The notes under the pieces are model-generated. The model did not search any database. It was not told where the DNA came from and saw nothing but the letters and a program-made list of their open reading frames with translations. DNA of 49,362 bases from NCBI GenBank assembly GCA_944355255.1, contig CALVQD010000041.1, forward strand, positions 1 through 49,362, in the 5' to 3' direction. Origin of the DNA: an uncultured Bacilli bacterium (GTDB taxonomy: Bacteria > Bacillota_I > Bacilli_A > RF39 > UBA660). Each line of letters opens with the position of its first letter. The first letter of the stretch is position 1. Shown piece by piece: positions 44,094 through 49,362 of the stretch. Both the position numbers and the translations under genes were made by a program.

Positions 44094-47000
44094 ATGAGAG
44101 TGGTACGAGTAGAAGAAATTACAAAATTGGTGGGGATGGATAGTTATATCGCATCACTCTCTTTAAATCACACAAAATTAAAACAAAGAAAGCTAGAACC
44201 ATTAGAAGATACAGATTTAAAAATTACTTATACGTATGAGAATGAAATGATTCAAATCGTGGTTTCTAAAGAAAAATTTATTCGTTTAAAAAAGTGTACT
44301 TGTCAAAAAGAACATTGTGGTCATATTGCTTTAGCAATCAAAGATACTTTTACTTATTTTGATGAATTAAAATTTCCAAAAGAAAAAGACCGTTTTCAGG
44401 AAATTCTATTTCAGAATTTTACGCCTAAAAAGAAAAAAACAACCATTGGTTTAGAAGTTGAATTAAGACAGATTGATAAAAACCCAATGACTTATGAGGT
44501 AAATTTAAAAATTGGATTAGATAAAAAATATTCTTTAAAAAAAGTGTTAATTCCATTTCTTTTAAATTATCAAAAAGAGAATTATGAGATATCATTAGGA
44601 AAATATTTCACTTTTGATACAGAAAAAAATTGCTTTTCAAAGCAAGACGAGAAAATATTACACTTTATCAAACTGTATATTGAAATGAAAGAAAGAGGTG
44701 GATTTTATTCTTTTTATCAAACTTCTCCTAATATTATTTTAAAAGAAGAAATGATATTAGAATTTTTGAAATTACTAAAAGGGAAAACATTTAAAATGGA
44801 AACAATGAGACAATCATTACCTGTTGTAAAAGAATTAGATACCCTTTATTTACCAATGCAAGTTGTTGATCAAGAAGAGGAGTTTACTATTACATTTGAA
44901 GATTTAGATGTAGAACCTATTACGTCAGATTATACTTATGTGATCTATCAAAACCAGTTATTTCACATTTCTCATAAAGCGGCTTTATTTTTAAAGACAA
45001 TGATAGATCATGAACGTAATTTTATAACAATTACGAAAGACTATTATAAAAATTTTGCGAATGATTTATATCTTATTTTAAATGAGTTAAATCCTGAAAT
45101 AAAAGAGCAATTGTCTTCTCATTTTCTGTTTCAATTGCCACATAGTAAATTTTATTTTGAAAAAAAGGACACTGATATTGTTTCTTTTATCAAATTACAG
45201 TATGGAGATGAGGAAATCAATATTTTAAGCCCTAGAAATTATATTGGAAATACTTACGTCATTCGTGATTTTGAACAAGAACAATCCTATATAGAGGAAT
45301 TGGAAAAGTATGGATTTCAACCATCTTATCGTAAAGGAATTTTTACGATTACTGATCCAGAACATGCATGTGAATTTTTAAAGTACGGTTTAAAAGAAAT
45401 TGTTGAAAAACATGATACTTATGTATCAAATCACTTAAAAAAAACTCATATCTTTAAAAAATCAACAGTAAAAAATATGTTTCAAATTGGCACCGACGGA
45501 ATTATGAGTTATCAATTTTCTATCGATGGGATAGAACGTAGTGAAATGAAAGAATTGTTAAAGAGTGTAAAACAAAAAAAGAAATACTATAAAATGAAAT
45601 CAGGAGATTATCTATCATTACAAAATAATGATGGATTAAATACAGTATTAGAAATGCAGAAAAAATTATCTCTTGATTCAGAACAAATGGAACAAGAATC
45701 CATTGCAATTCCAAAATATCAAAGTTTAAAATTGAGTGATTTATCTGATTTAGAATACTATAAAATCGATCAAAGTGTATCTGATTTAATTCACAATTTT
45801 GAAACTTTTAAAAATCAACGTTTTACTTTTACAGAAGAAGAGGAAAAGACTTTACGTGAATATCAAAAAGTAGGAGTACAATGGCTCTATATGATTGCGA
45901 AATGTGAGTTTGGTGGAATTCTAGCAGATGAAATGGGCCTTGGAAAAAGTATTCAAACAATTACGTATATCAAACATCGTTTACAGGAAGAAAAACAAGC
46001 TAAAATGTTAATTATTGTTCCAACGTCACTTTTATACAATTGGGAAGATGAATTTCAAAAGTTTGGTAAAGAGATTTCAATTATGATTGTAAATGATATA
46101 AAGGCACATCGTTTGGAAAAATTAAAACATGTCGATCAAGCACAAGTGATTATTACATCTTATGGATTATTACGACAAGACATAGAAGTATATGAAAAGA
46201 TGGAATTTGATACGATGATTTTAGATGAAGCCCAAAATATTAAAAATCCAAAATCAGATACTGCAATCGCAGCGAAAAAAATAAAAGCTCGTGTTAAATT
46301 TGCTTTAACTGGGACTCCATTAGAAAATTCTATTTATGAATTATGGAGTATTGTAGACTTTATTATGCCAGGATATTTGGGAAGCTTTCAAACATTTAAA
46401 GAAATGTATCCAATTACCGATTTAGAAGAAACAAGTTATATGAATTTAAAAAGACAAATAGATCCATTTATTTTAAGGAGAAAAAAGAAAGATGTTTTAA
46501 AAGATTTACCGGAGAAGTTAGAAAATAAAGTATATGTGGAATTAAATGAAGCCCAAAAAGAACTTTATTTATCAGAATTGGAAAAAGCACAGAAAGAAAT
46601 TCAAAAAATAGAAGAAGATCAAACTGTTTCACAAAATCAGTTCTTTATCTTATCATTACTTACAAGGCTTCGTCAGATCTGTATTGATCCAAGTTTGATT
46701 TTTGATGATTATCACGGTGGTAGTAGTAAATTTGATACACTGTTACCAATACTAGAAGAGATGATACAAAATCAACATAAAATATTATTGTTCTCACAAT
46801 TCCCATCAGTATTAAAAAATTTAATGCCACACTTAGATGCATACCATATTCGTTATTTATATTTAGATGGTTCTACAAAAGCAGGGGAGAGAATGCAATT
46901 GGTAAAACAATTTCATCAAGATGATACACCAGTATTTTTAATTTCTTTAAAAGCGGGAGGAACTGGTTTAAACTTAACGATTGCTGATGAAGTTATTCAT

Positions 47001-47240
47001 TTAGATCCTTGGTGGAATCCTCAAGTAGAAAATCAAGCAACAGATCGTACCCATCGTATCGGACAAACGAAAACAGTAGAAGTGATTAAACTGATCAGTA
47101 TTGGTACGATTGAAGAAAAAATTATTGCTCTTCAAGAGAAAAAGAAAGCTTTAAGTGATATGATGATTGAAGGAGAACAACGTAGTGAAATGGTGTTATC
47201 CAAATTATCGAGTGATGAGTTACTAAATTTATTCCGATAG
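44094..47240 (+). CDS. SNF2-family helicase/translocase with N-terminal SWIM zinc finger (YwqA/RapA-like)
   Basis: SWIM CxCx(n)CxH (CTCQKEHCGHIALAI). SNF2 motifs I (LADEMGLGKSIQ), II (DEAQNIKN), III (LTGTPLEN) and V/VI (SLKAGGTGLNLT, WWNPQVENQATDRTHRIGQ). ATG 44094 follows a GGAGGTG SD. Confidence 0.9.
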   Translation: MRVVRVEEITKLVGMDSYIASLSLNHTKLKQRKLEPLEDTDLKITYTYENEMIQIVVSKEKFIRLKKCTCQKEHCGHIALAIKDTFTYFDELKFPKEKDRFQEILFQNFTPKKKKTTIGLEVELRQIDKNPMTYEVNLKIGLDKKYSLKKVLIPFLLNYQKENYEISLGKYFTFDTEKNCFSKQDEKILHFIKLYIEMKERGGFYSFYQTSPNIILKEEMILEFLKLLKGKTFKMETMRQSLPVVKELDTLYLPMQVVDQEEEFTITFEDLDVEPITSDYTYVIYQNQLFHISHKAALFLKTMIDHERNFITITKDYYKNFANDLYLILNELNPEIKEQLSSHFLFQLPHSKFYFEKKDTDIVSFIKLQYGDEEINILSPRNYIGNTYVIRDFEQEQSYIEELEKYGFQPSYRKGIFTITDPEHACEFLKYGLKEIVEKHDTYVSNHLKKTHIFKKSTVKNMFQIGTDGIMSYQFSIDGIERSEMKELLKSVKQKKKYYKMKSGDYLSLQNNDGLNTVLEMQKKLSLDSEQMEQESIAIPKYQSLKLSDLSDLEYYKIDQSVSDLIHNFETFKNQRFTFTEEEEKTLREYQKVGVQWLYMIAKCEFGGILADEMGLGKSIQTITYIKHRLQEEKQAKMLIIVPTSLLYNWEDEFQKFGKEISIMIVNDIKAHRLEKLKHVDQAQVIITSYGLLRQDIEVYEKMEFDTMILDEAQNIKNPKSDTAIAAKKIKARVKFALTGTPLENSIYELWSIVDFIMPGYLGSFQTFKEMYPITDLEETSYMNLKRQIDPFILRRKKKDVLKDLPEKLENKVYVELNEAQKELYLSELEKAQKEIQKIEEDQTVSQNQFFILSLLTRLRQICIDPSLIFDDYHGGSSKFDTLLPILEEMIQNQHKILLFSQFPSVLKNLMPHLDAYHIRYLYLDGSTKAGERMQLVKQFHQDDTPVFLISLKAGGTGLNLTIADEVIHLDPWWNPQVENQATDRTHRIGQTKTVEVIKLISIGTIEEKIIALQEKKKALSDMMIEGEQRSEMVLSKLSSDELLNLFR

Positions 47241-47281
47241 TTCTTAACACCTGCTTGACAGCGTTATTGCAAAAAGAAAAG

Positions 47282-47308
47282 GTTGGAAATTATGGTTTCC
47301 AACTTTTA
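47282..47308 (+). terminator. Terminator hairpin after the SNF2 gene
   Basis: GTTGGAAA-TTATGG-TTTCCAAC followed by TTTTA. It lies inside the spurious extension of the next track ORF. Confidence 0.65.
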
Positions 47309-47336
47309 TGTTACAATAATTTTAGGAGATGTAACT

Positions 47337-48383
47337 ATGCAAAGAAGAAAACGTAAGAAAAAGAAGAAAAATAAAGTTTTTCTTGTACTAGGTTTATTAT
47401 TTATAATCGCCTTAGCTGTTGGTGCATATATTCTTTTATTCCACGAAGATGCACCATTGAAAGAAGTAGGTGAGAAAATCACGAAACCAGAGAAAAAATT
47501 ACAAATTTTAGATTTAGATAGTGATGAAAGACCATATGCGGTAATGATCGATAATAATGTAGGATATACTGCCCATGCTGGATTACAAGATGCTTATCTT
47601 ACTTATGAGATTATTGTCGAAGGTGGCTTGACACGTATTATGGCAATCTTTAAAGATAAAGATACATCGTTAATTGGTCCAGTACGAAGTGCAAGACATT
47701 ATTATTTAGATTATGCATTAGAAAATGATGCGATTTATGGGCATTATGGATGGAGTGAATTTGCAAAAAATGATATTGATTTATTAGGGGTTGATAATTT
47801 AAATGGAATCACCAATGCCCAAAGTGCTTATTGGCGTGATCGTAGTGTTGCAGCTCCTCATAATGTATTTACAAGTATTGAAAATCTAAAAGAAGCAGCA
47901 GAAAGTAAAGGATATCGTTTAACGAGCAATAACTTTGAAAATTTTGATTATAGTGTTGATGCAATTACATTAGATCAAAAAGAAGGTGCAATGCCAGCTA
48001 ATAACATCAGTATTCGTTATTCTTATTATCATACAACAGGATATACGTATGATACCAATCGTGGTGTTTACTTAAGAAGTATGGATAATCAAGCCCATGT
48101 TGATAAAGTAACACAGGAACAATACTATACAAAGAATATTATTATTCAAAAAATGGGTAATCATAGTATTGATAATTATGGTAGACAAGATATTGATGAT
48201 GTTTCTAGTGGAGATGGATATTATATTACAAACGGTTATGCAGTTCCAATTAAATGGGAAAAAAGTGGCCGTTCCGCTAAAACAAAATATACTTATTTGG
48301 ATGGAACTACAATTCAATTAAATGATGGAAATACTTATGTACAAATTCAACCAACTGACGAGACTCTTACAATTACTGAATGA
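47337..48383 (+). CDS. DUF3048 (YerB-like) membrane-anchored protein
   Basis: Basic N-terminus plus a TM anchor, then PYAVMIDNN...GLQDAYLTYEIIVEGGLTRIMAIF...VRSARHYY, typical of DUF3048. Confidence 0.8.
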   Translation: MQRRKRKKKKKNKVFLVLGLLFIIALAVGAYILLFHEDAPLKEVGEKITKPEKKLQILDLDSDERPYAVMIDNNVGYTAHAGLQDAYLTYEIIVEGGLTRIMAIFKDKDTSLIGPVRSARHYYLDYALENDAIYGHYGWSEFAKNDIDLLGVDNLNGITNAQSAYWRDRSVAAPHNVFTSIENLKEAAESKGYRLTSNNFENFDYSVDAITLDQKEGAMPANNISIRYSYYHTTGYTYDTNRGVYLRSMDNQAHVDKVTQEQYYTKNIIIQKMGNHSIDNYGRQDIDDVSSGDGYYITNGYAVPIKWEKSGRSAKTKYTYLDGTTIQLNDGNTYVQIQPTDETLTITE

Positions 48384-48565
48384 AACCACTTCCAAATCAT
48401 AAAAATTATGATGCATTTTCTAAAAATGAACAATTAATGATATATACTTATTTATATCGAAAAGCAAAAAAGGAAGGAAAAGAAGAGGATAGTCAGATTT
48501 ATCGCGAGTATGCCATTCAAATCTTGTTAGAAGAAGAACAAAAGAAAAAAGAAAACTTTGCTTAG
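48380..48565 (+). CDS. Hypothetical small protein (61 aa)
   Basis: ATGA overlap with the DUF3048 stop suggests coupling. Lys/Glu-rich with no motif. Confidence 0.4.
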   Translation: MKPLPNHKNYDAFSKNEQLMIYTYLYRKAKKEGKEEDSQIYREYAIQILLEEEQKKKENFA

Positions 48566-48726
48566 AAGTACTTGACACTTCAATTTGCAAAGTTTCTTTT
48601 TTTGTTGTAAAATAAGAGCTTGTGTGGGCAAAAGAAAAAATAATCGAAATAATAGTAAAATATTATGCTTACAAATTTAAAAATGTGATATAATGTAATA
48701 GTAACATTCATAGAAGGGACTTTAGT

Positions 48727-49233
48727 ATGGTAAAATATAAATCGGATTATGAATATTATCGTTTAATAGAAGATATATTGAATCATGACGAGTTTGGAAG
48801 AATTGGTGAGATAGGACAACACGGTGGTATTACAAGATTAGAACACTCATTAAGAGTATCTTATTATTCTTACAAGATTGCCCGTCGTTTAGGTTTACAC
48901 TATAAAGAAACAGCACGTGCTGGATTATTACATGATTTTTTTGAGAATTCAACAGATACTTCTAAAAAAGGGAAGTTTCATCAGTTTGTAAGTCATCCAA
49001 AAGAAGCTTGTGAAAATGCCAAAACGTATTTTGATATTAGTCCATTGGAAGAAGACATTATTAAGTGTCATATGTTTCCAAGTAATACACTAGTACCAAG
49101 GTATTTAGAAAGTTGGATTGTAAACTTCGTTGATAAAACAGTGGCAACTTATGAATTTAGTAAGTCATTCCAATATAAATTTAGTTATTTAACTAATTTT
49201 TACATCATCTTATTATTTAATTTTCTAAAATAA
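48727..49233 (+). CDS. HD domain phosphohydrolase-like protein
   Basis: TRLEHSLRVSYYS...GLLHDFF (H...HD...D pattern). Hydrophobic C-terminal tail. Confidence 0.8.
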   Translation: MVKYKSDYEYYRLIEDILNHDEFGRIGEIGQHGGITRLEHSLRVSYYSYKIARRLGLHYKETARAGLLHDFFENSTDTSKKGKFHQFVSHPKEACENAKTYFDISPLEEDIIKCHMFPSNTLVPRYLESWIVNFVDKTVATYEFSKSFQYKFSYLTNFYIILLFNFLK

Positions 49234-49362
49234 TAAAATCGTTAAATTCTAAGTAAAGTGCACAATTATTAAAAAATAATTAGAAATGCTTAAATTACAA
49301 TAGAAAATGCACAACTGAGCACAAGAAAAAGCAAGAAAATTCGATTAAATTATGACAATTTT

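Noticed and set aside
49258-49326. Three GCACAA-containing words (GTGCACAA, ATGCACAA, GAGCACAAG) and an AT-only palindrome AATTATT-N5-AATAATT near the window end
   Set aside because: The words are short and AT-rich context makes chance occurrence likely. The window ends before any downstream gene, so no function can be assigned.
1-49362. Searched by eye for CRISPR repeats, tRNA/rRNA signatures (GGTTCGAATCC-type T-arms), IS inverted repeats, integrases and phage structural genes
   Set aside because: None were found. All long ORFs are accounted for by housekeeping or the accessory modules described, and intergenic regions are short and occupied by promoters or terminators.

Overview
AT-rich, low-GC Bacillota-type chromosomal window, possibly Erysipelotrichia-like (inference). 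It is almost entirely + strand and dominated by housekeeping genes in Bacillus-like order: thrS with a Thr T-box leader, ylbD/ylbE-like genes and rsmD, rpsU-yqeY, rpsB-tsf, uvrC, mutL, proS, radC-mreC-mreD, SpoIVFA/SpoIVFB-like genes, rplU-prp-rpmA, obg, a Sir2 deacylase, an OmpR/HK pair, rpmB, yidD, rnc, yebC and a SWIM-SNF2 helicase. I saw no rRNA, tRNA, CRISPR array, transposase or integrase. Small accessory modules sit at the breaks in this conserved order. (1) A C39-peptidase ABC exporter operon ends in two unlisted short ORFs (46 and 54 codons) with textbook double-glycine leaders, a candidate two-peptide bacteriocin; all four genes are chained by GTGA stop/start overlaps. (2) Three paralogous membrane proteins of unknown function lie between tsf and uvrC. 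(3) A very AT-rich three-gene minus-strand cassette, built around an HExxH protein and carrying a consensus promoter, lies after uvrC. (4) At the position of spo0B (between rpmA and obg) there is a tiny self-contained transcription unit, a CPBP protease and a 47-aa membrane peptide. (5) An orphan Flp-type pilin sits next to a DUF192 gene. (6) An RnfC/RnfD-only pair is present. (7) A ZnuA-like lipoprotein has lost all three His ligands. All homology calls come from reading motifs by eye. No database search was run.
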